Below are positions 29,868-41,310 of a DNA stretch of 64,000 nucleotides, one piece after another. The position numbers and the translations under genes are program-made. Every line of letters starts with the position of its first letter. Position 1 is the stretch's first letter. The notes under the pieces are model-generated. The model worked only from the letters and a program-made list of their open reading frames with translations. It made no database searches and was not told the DNA's origin. Origin of the DNA: a virus; the IMG/VR virus record IMGVR_UViG_3300032163_000010, positions 8,005 to 72,004 of that record, one strand, 5' to 3'.

Positions 29868-32800
29868 TAATGACGATTAAAACTGACTTGATGAATACAG
29901 ACTACGTCGAGGAGGACAATAAGCCATGCTTATGGTGGTTCCTCAGGGATGTAGAAGGGAAGAGGGTCAAAAGAAAGTTCTCTTGGGTCAAGCCACACGC
30001 GTGGAACAACGATCCGAGCTCAGGGCCGGCGACCAAGGATATATTTGGACGCACGGTATATGAGTGGACGACAAGGATGCCTTCGGAAATAGGCGGAGGG
30101 CGAGACAGATATTCGATGACATGCGAGGCAGATGTTCTGTTTCCAATGAGGGCTATGATAGACTTGGACGTCTACTGTGGGGTAGAGATTGCAGAGGATA
30201 ATTCGATCAAGGCAGTAGAAAATCACGGAATCCCACCGGTATATTCGTTGTTTGATTTTGAGTACTTTTCACCGAAAGAGATTATGCCAATGCCAGGAGA
30301 TCCGAAGTGGCCTGCGGTTACAGTACAATGGGGTCTCACGTCGGACAATATTATACATGTTATCGTACTGAATTTCGTGAGCCAGACACAAGCTCCTGCA
30401 GGGATCTTAACTGAGAAGTTGATCGCTGAATCGATTATACGGAAATTCATCTGGGAGAACTTCAAATCGATCACTGTCCATATCGAGCTCAAGGATGAGA
30501 AAACTGGCAAGTGGCTCATTGAACCGCAGGATCTCACGTATCCGGTAGAGGTAACCATCGTTGAGGATGAGAGGGATCTATTCATCAAGTTCGCTGAATG
30601 GCATGAGTCGGCCGATGTAGATGGCTGGGCAGGATATAACTCTAATAACTATGATTGGCCTATGTACTTTCGTCGAGCCGATCGATTGGGTATCAGTTGG
30701 CTGGTCGCTCAACACATTAGCCCGTTGCATCGGGCATCAGCTAGGTTCAATCAACAATATAAGAAATGGGATGTCCATATATGGGGTCAGACGATTACTG
30801 ACCTGAATGAGATTTACAAAAAGTACATCAAACCCTCCGGAGAGCGAACGTCCTATGATTTCAAAATCGTTGTCAAAGACGAGTGTGGGTTCGCATATGA
30901 TGACCTTGGAGCGTTCATTAAAACAACTTACGAGAATGACCCACAAGCTTTGATCGAGTACGCTGCCAAAGACGTCATAGCATTGAAATTGTTGAATGAG
31001 AAGTGCGATTTGCTTCCTTACATTGATGTGTTGAGGCGAGTCGCGGGGACTCCGTTTGACAAAGCCACTTCGAACAAGGCCCTCATCGATACAATGTGTC
31101 TGAGACTTGCAGATGCCCCGTTGCCAACTGGAATCAAACATTTGAAGACCAAGAAGGCAACTGGTGCGTTGGTCATCATGCCCGAAGTAGGGCTGCATGA
31201 ATGGGTCATATTGCTTGATCTCAAGTCAATCTATCCGACGATGATTATTGCATACAACCTAAGTCCGGAGTGTAAAGATCCTAACGGAGAGATTCAAATC
31301 CCAATCGTGGATGCATTTGGTCGCATAGTGGAGTACGTTGGATTCAGAAAGAGCCCTCAAGGAGTCCTCCCGAAGGTTGCCGCACACATGATGGTGCTGA
31401 GAGAACACTACCGCACGTTGGGACGAGAGATCGAGTCACAAGCGAACTTCGATAAACAATACAGAGAACGGATTAAATCTCAGGAAACCGTAGCGAAGTT
31501 CCTTGCGTGTGCAATTAATGGAGTCCTAGCTTATCCAGGGTTCAGATTATATGATCCTGAAGTATTCAACTGTGTCACATCGATCACGCGATCTGTGATT
31601 TGGAAGATCCGAGGGTTCCTTGAACCGAAGGGGTTCAAGACCATGTATGGAGACAGTGTCTCAGCAGATTCCCCGGTATTAATAAAGAGGGATAATGAAA
31701 TCGATATACTCCCGATAAGTGAATTAGCCCCGACCGCTGAGGGAAGATACGCATTAGATAATATTGAAGTATGGACGAGAAATGGGTTTAAACAAGGACA
31801 TTATGTTAAGGTCTCAAATCCTCATAAAACGATGTATAGAGTAAATACAATAGACGGAATTGTAGATGTAACTGAAGATCATTCATTGTTCGATCTAGAA
31901 GGAAAAGAAGTCAAACCAACAGAATTACCGAAAAGAATAGAAACGGTAGTATATCCTATAAGACTAGGACAAACAGAGATATCAGAAGATGAAGCTTGGT
32001 TGCTAGGATTGATTTGTGCCGAAGGAAGCCTTATAGGGAATAACGAACAACCAGTTATAAGTTGTGATGAAGATAAATTAAGATGGGCGAAAGAAATACT
32101 TGATGGAATGGGGTATGAATCATGGTTACATGATTACACTGAATCATCGAAGTGTTGGAGATTATGTGTATCGACTAAAGCGAGAGGTTTATTTAGGGAA
32201 TGCACAACAGGGTTATCTGGTTGGAAAGGAAGAAATAAGAAGGTTCCAAAACGAATCCTTAACTCCGGCAAGGATGCTATGATAGGGTTCTTAAGGGGGT
32301 TGTGGGCAGGAGACGCCCCAGTTGATCAGGGAAATTATATTGATGAGTTTAAGAGAATTGATTTACGGTCACAGTCATTAATAGTGGGGGTGGAATATAT
32401 AATGTATCAATTAGGATTCGTGACATCTTGGAGAAGTGCAGGATCAAACAAATTATCATATGGATTAAGAATAGGGAAAACCAAGAAGATTGCATCAGGG
32501 GTGGTAAGGGAAGTAAAAGAGATTCAATACAAAGATCTAGTGTACGATATCGGTACAAATGATGGAACGTTCGCTATAGGCAGGGTTGTAGCACACAACA
32601 CCGATTCGATCTTTATTAAACTGACCGCAACGAATAAAGAGGACGCAGCGAGGCAAGGTTTCGAGATCGAAACGATGGTTCAAGAATATATTACTGAATG
32701 GACGAGGTCCCTTGGAGCAACGTATCCGATAGATGTCAAGTTCGAACATTTGTTTGATCGGATTTTGTGGAAGAAAAGAGCCAAGGGAGATGACCCCGCG

Positions 32801-33379
32801 AAGAAGCACTACGGAGGTCACTATATCATGAAGGACGGTGCATGGAAGGAAGGGCTCAAGATCTCCGGATTGGCTCCTAAGTCATCGGCAAGTGCTTTGT
32901 TCACGAGGAAATTGACTAGTCAGTTCCTTGAGTTAGTTCTTGAGAAACATGACATCGATTCAGCAGTAATGATCGTGAGCCAAGCTTGGGAAGGGATCTT
33001 GCTGACCAAGGACGTTTCAACTATTGGGATTCCCAAGGGGTTACATCAAGTAGTGGCCGATCCAGAAGACGCTCACGGATCGACTAAGCCGTGGATCGAA
33101 GGGGTATTCCATGCAAAGAAGGTCTTTCAGTGGAGGTTTTCTGAAGATGACAAGCCTAAGTTGATTTATACGGTTCCTACAAAGGAGTTCCCATATAAGA
33201 CTCTATGTTTGAATGTTGATCAAACGACAATCCCTAAGGGGGTTCGGGTCGATTGGAACCTTCAACGGGAGAAGGTCATCAAGAACAAGTTTTTCGAACT
33301 ACTTGAAGCCATAGGTCGTGATTGGTCAGAGATCGAATTCAAAGTCCGCAAGACAAGGATGGATCAGTTCTTTGGTTAA
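29864..33379 (+). CDS. polB: Family B DNA polymerase with intein
   Basis: Exo FDFE, GYNSNNYDW; DLKSIYP; K...N..L; YGD|TDS split by an intein. Confidence 0.95.
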   Translation: MIMTIKTDLMNTDYVEEDNKPCLWWFLRDVEGKRVKRKFSWVKPHAWNNDPSSGPATKDIFGRTVYEWTTRMPSEIGGGRDRYSMTCEADVLFPMRAMIDLDVYCGVEIAEDNSIKAVENHGIPPVYSLFDFEYFSPKEIMPMPGDPKWPAVTVQWGLTSDNIIHVIVLNFVSQTQAPAGILTEKLIAESIIRKFIWENFKSITVHIELKDEKTGKWLIEPQDLTYPVEVTIVEDERDLFIKFAEWHESADVDGWAGYNSNNYDWPMYFRRADRLGISWLVAQHISPLHRASARFNQQYKKWDVHIWGQTITDLNEIYKKYIKPSGERTSYDFKIVVKDECGFAYDDLGAFIKTTYENDPQALIEYAAKDVIALKLLNEKCDLLPYIDVLRRVAGTPFDKATSNKALIDTMCLRLADAPLPTGIKHLKTKKATGALVIMPEVGLHEWVILLDLKSIYPTMIIAYNLSPECKDPNGEIQIPIVDAFGRIVEYVGFRKSPQGVLPKVAAHMMVLREHYRTLGREIESQANFDKQYRERIKSQETVAKFLACAINGVLAYPGFRLYDPEVFNCVTSITRSVIWKIRGFLEPKGFKTMYGDSVSADSPVLIKRDNEIDILPISELAPTAEGRYALDNIEVWTRNGFKQGHYVKVSNPHKTMYRVNTIDGIVDVTEDHSLFDLEGKEVKPTELPKRIETVVYPIRLGQTEISEDEAWLLGLICAEGSLIGNNEQPVISCDEDKLRWAKEILDGMGYESWLHDYTESSKCWRLCVSTKARGLFRECTTGLSGWKGRNKKVPKRILNSGKDAMIGFLRGLWAGDAPVDQGNYIDEFKRIDLRSQSLIVGVEYIMYQLGFVTSWRSAGSNKLSYGLRIGKTKKIASGVVREVKEIQYKDLVYDIGTNDGTFAIGRVVAHNTDSIFIKLTATNKEDAARQGFEIETMVQEYITEWTRSLGATYPIDVKFEHLFDRILWKKRAKGDDPAKKHYGGHYIMKDGAWKEGLKISGLAPKSSASALFTRKLTSQFLELVLEKHDIDSAVMIVSQAWEGILLTKDVSTIGIPKGLHQVVADPEDAHGSTKPWIEGVFHAKKVFQWRFSEDDKPKLIYTVPTKEFPYKTLCLNVDQTTIPKGVRVDWNLQREKVIKNKFFELLEAIGRDWSEIEFKVRKTRMDQFFG
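31655..32599 (+). mobile_element. Intein (315 aa) with LAGLIDADG-like endonuclease in PolB YGD/TDS
   Basis: Starts SVSADSPV, block B VTEDHS, LLGLICAEG and FLRGLWAGD, ends VAHN|T; visibly more AT-rich. Confidence 0.92.
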
Positions 33380-33803
33380 AACTGTTGCTGTGGACTTCGA
33401 TGGAGTAATTGCATTCTATGATGGTTGGAGAGGGGGGTATCATATCGGGGAACCGAACCCTGAGGGGGCTGCGTTACTTTGGTTGTTCCAAGAAGCAGGG
33501 ATCAGGGTCATCATCTATACTTGCCGAACGAACAGATCGAAACCTCAGGAGTATGATTATGATAAAGTCGAGGAACTGATCAAAGAATGGATGAAGAAAC
33601 ACAACTTGCCGTATGATTACCTCTGTGTACAGATGGACGGTAAGCCCTATGCGGATGTCTACGTGGATGATAAGACGGCGTATTTTGCACCGAATATAGG
33701 ACCAGCGAAAGCGGTCTTTGAGGAGGTTGTGAGAATCATCAATAGCCATCCCGATAGGGGTACTACGGGAACTGATATGCCGAGGGCAGGTGAGAGGCCA
33801 TGA
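33372..33803 (+). CDS. HAD-superfamily phosphatase/nucleotidase
   Basis: VDFDGVI, YTCR, KPYADVYVDDK. Confidence 0.8.
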   Translation: MVKTVAVDFDGVIAFYDGWRGGYHIGEPNPEGAALLWLFQEAGIRVIIYTCRTNRSKPQEYDYDKVEELIKEWMKKHNLPYDYLCVQMDGKPYADVYVDDKTAYFAPNIGPAKAVFEEVVRIINSHPDRGTTGTDMPRAGERP

Positions 33804-35955
33804 CAATGATTGAGTTAACGGAGCAACAGAAGGAATGCAAGCATCGAGCCTTGTCTGTTCGTGTCTCGGCTGAGACTTATTCAAAGTACGGTAAGACATT
33901 CCATAAGGTCGAGGTGGTTTGCCCTGACTGCGGAGTCTGTGTAGCAAGGGCTGGTGAGGTTTGGTTCAATCGTAGAATGACAATCTACGGTATTCTTGAT
34001 GAGCATTGGCCGAAGTTGCTCTTACAACCGGGAATGAAGAAGGATTAACTTGCGATAGGTGAGAAATTATGAAGAAACCTGAAGGCGTCAAGTGTCGTGA
34101 TTGTGCGTATTTCTATTGGTACGCAGGTATGTGTGAATCTTATCATGGTTTCATCCATGGAGACAATAAGGACTGCAATCGATTTGTACTCAAGACAAAG
34201 AGTGAACCGGGATATGAGTACTATGACCCGTTGCCCTCCCCTGAGATAGTAGCATTAGTTAAGGCAGCTGTTGGAAAAGACAACTGCAGAATCTGTGGAA
34301 CAAAGCTCGATTGGGCAGATACTGAGGAAGTTTCTGGGTGCAAAGAACAAGTATGCGGGAACTGCTGTTCACTTGGAAGATGTACTGTTGATTGTGACTT
34401 TGCCTATGTGCCGTTAAAGTAAAGGTGTCAATAATGGTAGCTAAGTTATCAATCGGATGGAACAATCGTGGTTACCAACTAGGCACGGGCATTCATTCAG
34501 GTTGGGAGATGGTCTATCACTGGATTAAGGATCGTAATATAGAGGAGCTATACTGGAGGCAATTGGAGTTAGAATGCCCAATCTGCGACAGCCCAATTTC
34601 TAGTGCTAAAGTACCTGCTCCAGTATCAGTGGTAATCTTCAGATGTAAGAACGGGCATAAGTTTAGTTACGAGAATACTGATTGATTGGAGAGACCTACT
34701 ATGGATGAGATAGAGATACTTAATTCATGGAAGGAGCGACTTAATAAGTTCTTCCGTGAGCTCCAGGCAGATGGCTGGATCTTAGATGATGAGAATGAGT
34801 TATTATTAGTGTTTTCCTCAAAGATACTTGAGCTTGGAAGGATACCAATTGAGACTGTTGGTAAGTTGATGGTGAAAGACCCTACTATGCATCCAACTGA
34901 AATTGTACTGAAGATAAGAGCACATCTGCTTCTTAAGGAGAGATGAAAGGTTGATCGCACGAGATTTGATGGAGCGAGTGAAGATGGCACATCCGACCCG
35001 GACGCGATGCCTCAACCTTGGGAGGGAGTGTATGTCCTCACTCCCGTGGACTGGGGTTTGGGGAACGCATACTGGAAAAGAAGCGCAGGGTTGTACTCGA
35101 GGTCCAGTCAAGACACTTACTCCTAACTCGAGATGTGATTAGCCTTATGGGGGATGAGGGTTGTGAATGATGCACAAAGGAAAACTATAAATACAATCCG
35201 TGAGACTGAAATGTATCAGGAGTTCACATATTCCGAAGGGCCTGGAAGCGTTGTAAAGATAGGTATTAATGGTGTTGAGTACTTTATTAAGGAGGACGGT
35301 ACAATTCACTCTCCTTCGAGGATTATTTGTGACATGTGTAAACATTCGTTCGAGATGAGGAAATGACACCATGCAGAGTCGCAATATCGGAGCATATGCT
35401 GAAAGTTGTGACGACTTTAAAGACGCTCAATGTAAGGGTTATATTGGAGTAGAAGGTGATTATCAGTGTCCAAAGAAATACGAAGTTTGTTGTGCATATT
35501 GCGAAGAGAACACAGGGTGTCCAGAGTTCTGCCCGATGTTAACAGTTCCGAAGAGTGAGAACATTGCAGATGATAATTCGCGTACATGAGAACAGAGCCA
35601 AATTCGATTGGGGAGGATGGTTGCAATGGAAACCCTCAGGAACGAAAACATGGTATATGATGCATCGAGGAGCCATCGTTCCATTAGAGATGCGAGATAG
35701 GTTCCAAGAGTGCATAGATGAGATGTTATCATACCAAGTGGCATATGAGGTGAGAGGGGAGTGGAACAAGGAAGAGAAGAAAATGCTAATAGAGAGCATC
35801 GTGGGCCCAATCGGGTAGAGTTCCCATTTGATCATAGGGAAGGGACAATAGGGCCATCCTTATGGTATGATCACCCTCAGCAATGCTGGACCGCACCAAA
35901 ATGGGAAGAACAAACCAAAGGAGGTCTAGGGATAGTGGATCATGAGGGGGTCTAG
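33800..35955 (+). other. Cluster of small, mostly Cys-rich ORFs (33800-34048, 34069-34422, 34425-34685, 34686-34946, 34951-35142, 35154-35366, 35371-35589, about 35570-35818)
   Basis: Contiguous ORFs with CxxC motifs. Confidence 0.55.
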
Positions 35956-35958
35956 GGG

Positions 35959-36249
35959 TTGCTTGAAAAAACAGACGAGGGGAAGATAAAATCCGTTGAC
36001 GACGATGCAACGGCATTGTTGATCAAGAGATCGGGTGTCTATGGAACGCAATTCCCAGCATGGAGATTCATGTCTATTGATGCTATATTGTGTGGGGTCA
36101 TCTATAAAAGTGACCGCGCTCGAGTAACCAAGGATTTAAATAAAAAGTACGACGATATCAAAGATGCTATCAATTATCTGCGGTTCGTCGGAGTAAGGGT
36201 CAAGGAGGAGATAGAATGTCAGAAAAGCCTGTCAAAACCTCCACAGTAG
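35959..36249 (+). CDS. MazG-like nucleotide-modification-associated protein (DUF1599/Nmad1-like)
   Basis: KRSGVYG...K..RA...DDIKDAINY pattern. Confidence 0.55.
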   Translation: MLEKTDEGKIKSVDDDATALLIKRSGVYGTQFPAWRFMSIDAILCGVIYKSDRARVTKDLNKKYDDIKDAINYLRFVGVRVKEEIECQKSLSKPPQ

Positions 36250-36326
36250 ATGCAGTGCTGAAAACTTCAACAACGAAGACAATTACAGTGGATGCTGTGA
36301 TGAAGAAACTAGAGGAAGAGAAATGA
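36216..36326 (+). CDS. 36-aa peptide made of two KxxTVDAV repeats
   Basis: AGGAGG RBS; MSEKPVKTSTVDAVLKTSTTKTITVDAVMKKLEEEK. Confidence 0.6.
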   Translation: MSEKPVKTSTVDAVLKTSTTKTITVDAVMKKLEEEK

Positions 36327-36506
36327 TATGGATTTCAAAAAAGGAAAGTTCTGTTTGCATATCGAAGAGTCAACAGATGCCAGTAAATTCACAACCACGT
36401 CTATACAGTATGACAATAATCGGTTACTTAACTTGACAAGAGATGATCTTGAGGTTCTCAGAATTCTAGTGAACAGGGTTATTAGTTATCTGAACGAGGA
36501 CTAGGG

Positions 36507-37331
36507 ATGAACGAGAGAAATCCCGACAAGTTGTTTATTCACAAGTCCGGGCTTAGCGCATGGAGACAATGTCCGAGGAAGTTTTATTGGATGTATCTTA
36601 AACCACAGGATCCTGCGATGACAGAGGAGAGCATCGCGATGGAGCATGGAGCGACGTTTCACGATGTCGCTAGGAGGTTTACGTACCTCTATGATGTCGA
36701 TGTGCTCTTTAGCTACCCGACATGGATGGACAGGTTGAAGTACCTATCGGGGTGTATCCCTGTGGGATTGACGAAAACCATATGGGATTGGATGCAGAAT
36801 CTCGCGGACTTCGAAGCGAGGAGGTCTCTGGGATGGAAATTAGATCGATCGATGTTCAAACCGGTTGTGATGGAGAAATACCTTGAATCTGAAGAGTTCG
36901 GCTACGCGGGGACGTTAGATAGGATAGATCATTATGATGAGACGTCGTATGTAGTGATTGATTATAAACCAAGGATATATAACTTGAGCAGTTTGAGACA
37001 GGAACAGGCGATATATTGGGTCTTGGCGAACGATCAATTGAAGTTGGATAAGCCGGTCAACTACTGGGGGGTCATAGCTTACGATGAGGGCATTTACCGA
37101 ACTGAGGAGTTCAAGAAGGTCACGTTCACAGCTCTGAGGAAGAATACCGCGTATCTACAAACGGATATTGATAAGTACAAGAAGGAGCCATCCGAGGAAC
37201 TCTTTCCGTTAAAGGTAGGCGAATATTGCGACTGGTGTGGGTTTTTGTCAATTTGTTATCAAGACCCAAAGTACGTTGAAATAGCTTTAGGAGGAGGTAA
37301 AGATGGAGAAGAAGCTGATATTGGCGAGTGA
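36507..37331 (+). CDS. Cas4-like PD-(D/E)XK exonuclease
   Basis: QCPRKF, GTLDRID, IDYK, CDWC..IC Fe-S motif. Confidence 0.85.
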   Translation: MNERNPDKLFIHKSGLSAWRQCPRKFYWMYLKPQDPAMTEESIAMEHGATFHDVARRFTYLYDVDVLFSYPTWMDRLKYLSGCIPVGLTKTIWDWMQNLADFEARRSLGWKLDRSMFKPVVMEKYLESEEFGYAGTLDRIDHYDETSYVVIDYKPRIYNLSSLRQEQAIYWVLANDQLKLDKPVNYWGVIAYDEGIYRTEEFKKVTFTALRKNTAYLQTDIDKYKKEPSEELFPLKVGEYCDWCGFLSICYQDPKYVEIALGGGKDGEEADIGE

Positions 37332-38023
37332 AGAAAAGACATTGAAGGAACGGGTCCTCTCAGAGTTATCGTTCAGAAATCATAAGGTCCTTATTAGGTG
37401 TGAGAGGGTTCCTCAGATGAGGGATGTTATTCTCAAGTGGACGAGCGACAGAAGTCCTATGGTAGTCAATGTCAACGTTCAACGATGTGGTCTAGTGGTA
37501 TTGTTCGCCACAGGTACGACATTGACTTTCGTAGTTAACGACGTAGGTGATACATCGAAGTATGACCTAGTCATTGACGAGCGTGAGAAAAATGAAGTGG
37601 AATGAGGTTCTGAAGGGGTCGCAAGATCCCGTTTTTTTCCTTCCTTCGTCAGGGGTGAAGAAACACGCACTGATAAAGGTTCCGACAGGGAGGAAAATCG
37701 ATATGGGAAAACTGAGAACTCTGATTGGAGTTCCAGTAGTACAAGTAACGGATATGAAGACTCTACCAGAAAGGATGAGAGACCAGCAAATATTGATAGT
37801 TCAGATAGACGATATTGGGATGTCTCAGGAAGTGTTGTCTGTTGGGCGAACACTGGATTCAGGGATGGTCTTGGTTAATACAACCATGGGTGAGATGTTC
37901 TATAATTCGTTTGCCATATTATGGGTCATCTATTCACAGGGAACCCCGTCTGAGGAACTCAAGAAGTCCTGTGTCGAAGTGGAGATATCCGAGGAGGAAG
38001 ATATATGGGAGGAAAAGCAATAG
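37303..38023 (+). other. Two hypothetical ORFs (37303-37605, about 37592-38023)
   Basis: Overlapping ORFs in operon. Confidence 0.55.
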
Positions 38024-38727
38024 CAATCTGTTCAGGTGGGCTCGATTCCACGGTGATGTTGTATGAGATGGTTCATCGGGGGATTGAGACAATAGTTCTA
38101 AGTTTCGATTACGGACAGAAGCACAAGATCGAACTTGATTACATCGAGAGAACAGCGAAGAAGTTAGGGTTGCTATGGATCTTAGAACGCATGCCTACGT
38201 TCTCAAGTGCCCTCACAAATCTCTCGGAGACTATCCCAATGACAGATTATGATGACAAAGCTCAGAGGGTTACGGTCGTACCGAATAGGAATATGATAAT
38301 GATTGCTATTGCCGCAGGATATGCGATACAAAATAAAGCAAGGGAAGTATGGTATGCAGCACATACGGGAGATCATGCGATATATCCGGATTGTAGAGAG
38401 GAGTTCGTGAGACCCTTGGCAGAGGCGTTGTATAAGGGAACGTATGAGAATATAATTCTAGTTGCTCCGTTCATCGACTTAACAAAGACGGATATAGTCT
38501 TGAGGGGAGCTCATCTAGGAGTGCCATTCCAAGATACATGGTCTTGTTATAGCCCAGTTGTGATGTATCAAGCTTATACGGTTAATATCCCGCAGAAAAT
38601 AGTCCTTTATCACTGTGGGCAATGTGGGACATGCAGAGAGAGGATCGAGGCGTTCAGAGAAGCGAGAGTCGCTGATCCAACTGCGTATATTAACACATGT
38701 GGAGTGGTAGTTAAAAATGTGTTATGA
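38005..38727 (+). CDS. queC: 7-cyano-7-deazaguanine synthase
   Basis: SGGLDS, FDYGQKH, VPNRN, YPDCR, TWSCY, CGQCGTC. Confidence 0.95.
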   Translation: MGGKAIAICSGGLDSTVMLYEMVHRGIETIVLSFDYGQKHKIELDYIERTAKKLGLLWILERMPTFSSALTNLSETIPMTDYDDKAQRVTVVPNRNMIMIAIAAGYAIQNKAREVWYAAHTGDHAIYPDCREEFVRPLAEALYKGTYENIILVAPFIDLTKTDIVLRGAHLGVPFQDTWSCYSPVVMYQAYTVNIPQKIVLYHCGQCGTCRERIEAFREARVADPTAYINTCGVVVKNVL

Positions 38728-38960
38728 TGACTACTACGATTCATACACCGGAGGCGTTCATCGATGATCGTCGATGACGTGAATTGCATCTGCGGAGGAT
38801 GTCCGAAGGACGCAAGTGTCTGTCTGAAAAACGATCACTGTAGCATCCAGAGGAGTGTCATTCTAGTTCAAAACCTCCTGAGGATTATTGCACCTGATGA
38901 TGTCATTATCGAATGTCGAGTAGAGAAATGCCCGTCCAGGATTCTGAAGGAGGTAAAAGA

Positions 38961-39293
38961 ATGACAATTTATATACTTAATGCACCCGTAGCCACAAACT
39001 TCGGACTGTTTAGATACAGTAGACTAACAAGCAATGAAGTGGTAGAATTGATGAAAAGAGGCTATGTGAATGCGATAGGGCATGAGGCTACAGCTAAGTT
39101 GTTCTCCTTGGTTACCGGAATAGAGGTTAAAGCGAACAGATTACAAGTAAAAATGATTGCTGGTGACTCCGCTATAGTGTTCTGCTTGAATAGCAGACAG
39201 CCGGAGGGCATGGTTATAACTTCCGTGGAGACACTAGAGCAGATAGGATATAGCTTTGGGTTGCTTAAAATGCTAGAAGAGGAAGTGAGATGA
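38961..39293 (+). CDS. acrIII-1: AcrIII-1/DUF1874 viral ring nuclease (anti type III CRISPR)
   Basis: YILNA, NAIGHEATA (catalytic His), NR, RQPEG motifs as in the STIV B116/SIRV gp29 family; GGAGGT precedes ATG 38961. Confidence 0.85.
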   Translation: MTIYILNAPVATNFGLFRYSRLTSNEVVELMKRGYVNAIGHEATAKLFSLVTGIEVKANRLQVKMIAGDSAIVFCLNSRQPEGMVITSVETLEQIGYSFGLLKMLEEEVR

Positions 39294-39703
39294 TGAAGCT
39301 CAGTTTCGAAGAGGATATAAAGTTTAGTGCGGCACACTACATTCCGGATCATCCGAAATGTGGCGGCATACACGGACACACGTATTTTGTTAGGAATCTG
39401 ACTGTCGAAGTCGATGAGTTTGACAAGAATGGAATGTCGATAGACTTCGGAATTATTAAGGATTACTTCAAGAGAGAATGGGATCACAAGTTTATCATTC
39501 CTACAGAGGACGCTGATTTCTGGAAACACATTTACGAAGAGTGTGGTAACAATGCAGTTGCAGATAATCGTAAGCTTGTTAAGCATACTACCGCCGAGTA
39601 TATGGCAGAGAAGATGCAAGAAGACCTAATCAATATATTCGAGCGAAGATACACGCCACACTTCACGTTGTGTGAGGGCCCAGATCAGGGAGTGGAAGTA
39701 TGA
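39290..39703 (+). CDS. queD: 6-carboxytetrahydropterin synthase
   Basis: FSAAH, CGGIHGHTY, IDFG, WDHK, TTAE. Confidence 0.93.
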   Translation: MMKLSFEEDIKFSAAHYIPDHPKCGGIHGHTYFVRNLTVEVDEFDKNGMSIDFGIIKDYFKREWDHKFIIPTEDADFWKHIYEECGNNAVADNRKLVKHTTAEYMAEKMQEDLINIFERRYTPHFTLCEGPDQGVEV

Positions 39704-40614
39704 CGAGGAAACTTTTGTTAATCGGTTTTCCTGATTTCCAAGAGAATCAGGTTAGGAAAATCTATGATATCATCGAGAAAGCGGTACAAGAATACACTGG
39801 AGATCCGACGTGGTACGCGAAACTTGCACCTGGTGGAGAGACTACAGACATTACGTTAGACGACTTAAAAGAAATCGTCCGACAGATGGAATCAGGTGAA
39901 GACACAACTCACCCACGGGTAACTGGAACGTACTTTGAGGATACACTAGTGTCAGTGACACTTACTGACAAGAAGGGAGCTGGTTCTTCAGAAGAATACC
40001 ATGAGGAGTTCATCAAGATGGTGGATCTTCCCGAAGATGTTAGAGAACTGGTTTCAACGGCTTTATTGAAAGCATTAGCGGGTAGAAAGACGGTGGTTAT
40101 ATGAATCGCAAACTTAGGTTCATATTGTTCTCTGGCATTGGATGCACAGCCCTCATCTTGGCAGTAGTAGTGCACAATCCTGACTTAGTCAATGTATTGA
40201 TTGCAATAGGAGCTACAATCCTCGCATGGGATGCGGTGTTCATAATAGGGGATGGGATACGCGATGAGTAGAGTAAAAGTTCCTGCGTTTGACCCAAGTA
40301 AGGTGATAATCAAAGAAACCCATGAAGGAGACAAGCTTCGCCTAGAGGCAGCTGTGAGCATCGTTGTAGTTAGTGATATAGATAAAATTGTAATCGCAAC
40401 CAACCCAGAGGTTATTGAGCACCAGAAGCACAGAATAAGAGATGCACTTGAAGTGGGTTTCATAGATTCATTCGTCGGGTACCTTAAGAGTCGAGGACAG
40501 CAGTTCTCTAAGTTCCCGGTGCCACAGAAGGTCTTTGTTGTCAGAGAGGACCTTCAGGAAGATATTATAATAATGTCAGCGAAAAGATATGCCGAGGAGG
40601 TAAAGAAGAGATGA
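39700..40614 (+). other. Hypothetical ORFs 39700-40104, about 40101-40271 (membrane) and about 40264-40614
   Basis: Coupled ORFs between queD and queE. Confidence 0.55.
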
Positions 40615-41309
40615 TCAGCATTGTTGAGGTATTTAGATCAATCCAAGGAGAGGGCCTCTATATAGGGCATCCCGCGATCTTCGTCCGAACCCACGGATGC
40701 AATCTCTCGTGTGACTTCTGTGACACGAAGTACGCGTGGTATACGAACAAAGGGGAAGGTTACAGGGAAGTCGATCAGAAAGAACTTGTGAAAGAAATAG
40801 AAGAACTGAACCAGGAGAAGGACATCATCGTACTGACAGGAGGAGAACCGATGATCTGGCAGGATCAACTAGGGGAGATTGTTAAAAAATTCCCTATACA
40901 TGTGGAAACTAATGGCACGATTCACGCAAATCTATTGATGAAGAGATATGTTAAGCATTTTACTGTGTCACCGAAGGAGTGGAATAAGATGAGCACAGTA
41001 AGTGATGTTGAATGGTGGATCAAGGAGCTCAATACAAAAGTAGCACTGAAATTCGTTATAACTACTGAAGGGGACGTCGAGGAGATATCCGAGACGTTTA
41101 GTTTACGTAAGGCGAAAGATGTCATTCTGCAACCGGAGAGATATGCGGCAACACAGGCAGGTGATCAGCCCTGGATAACACCGCAAGGGTTGTACTTGAA
41201 GCGATTATTGGAGATAGTTGGATGGGCTAATCAGTATCTCAATGGAGTCAATTGGCGAGTTCTCCCACAATTGCACTATCTCTTGTGGGGAAATAGGAAG
41301 GGAATTTGA
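40611..41309 (+). CDS. queE: 7-carboxy-7-deazaguanine synthase (radical SAM)
   Basis: SIQGEG, CNLSCDFCDT, TGGEP, VETNG, VSPK, PQLH. Confidence 0.95.
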   Translation: MISIVEVFRSIQGEGLYIGHPAIFVRTHGCNLSCDFCDTKYAWYTNKGEGYREVDQKELVKEIEELNQEKDIIVLTGGEPMIWQDQLGEIVKKFPIHVETNGTIHANLLMKRYVKHFTVSPKEWNKMSTVSDVEWWIKELNTKVALKFVITTEGDVEEISETFSLRKAKDVILQPERYAATQAGDQPWITPQGLYLKRLLEIVGWANQYLNGVNWRVLPQLHYLLWGNRKGI

Positions 41310-41310
41310 A

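Noticed and set aside
36507-37331. Cas4-like gene as part of a CRISPR-Cas locus
   Set aside because: No cas1, cas2 or array; solo Cas4-like nucleases are common in archaeal viruses
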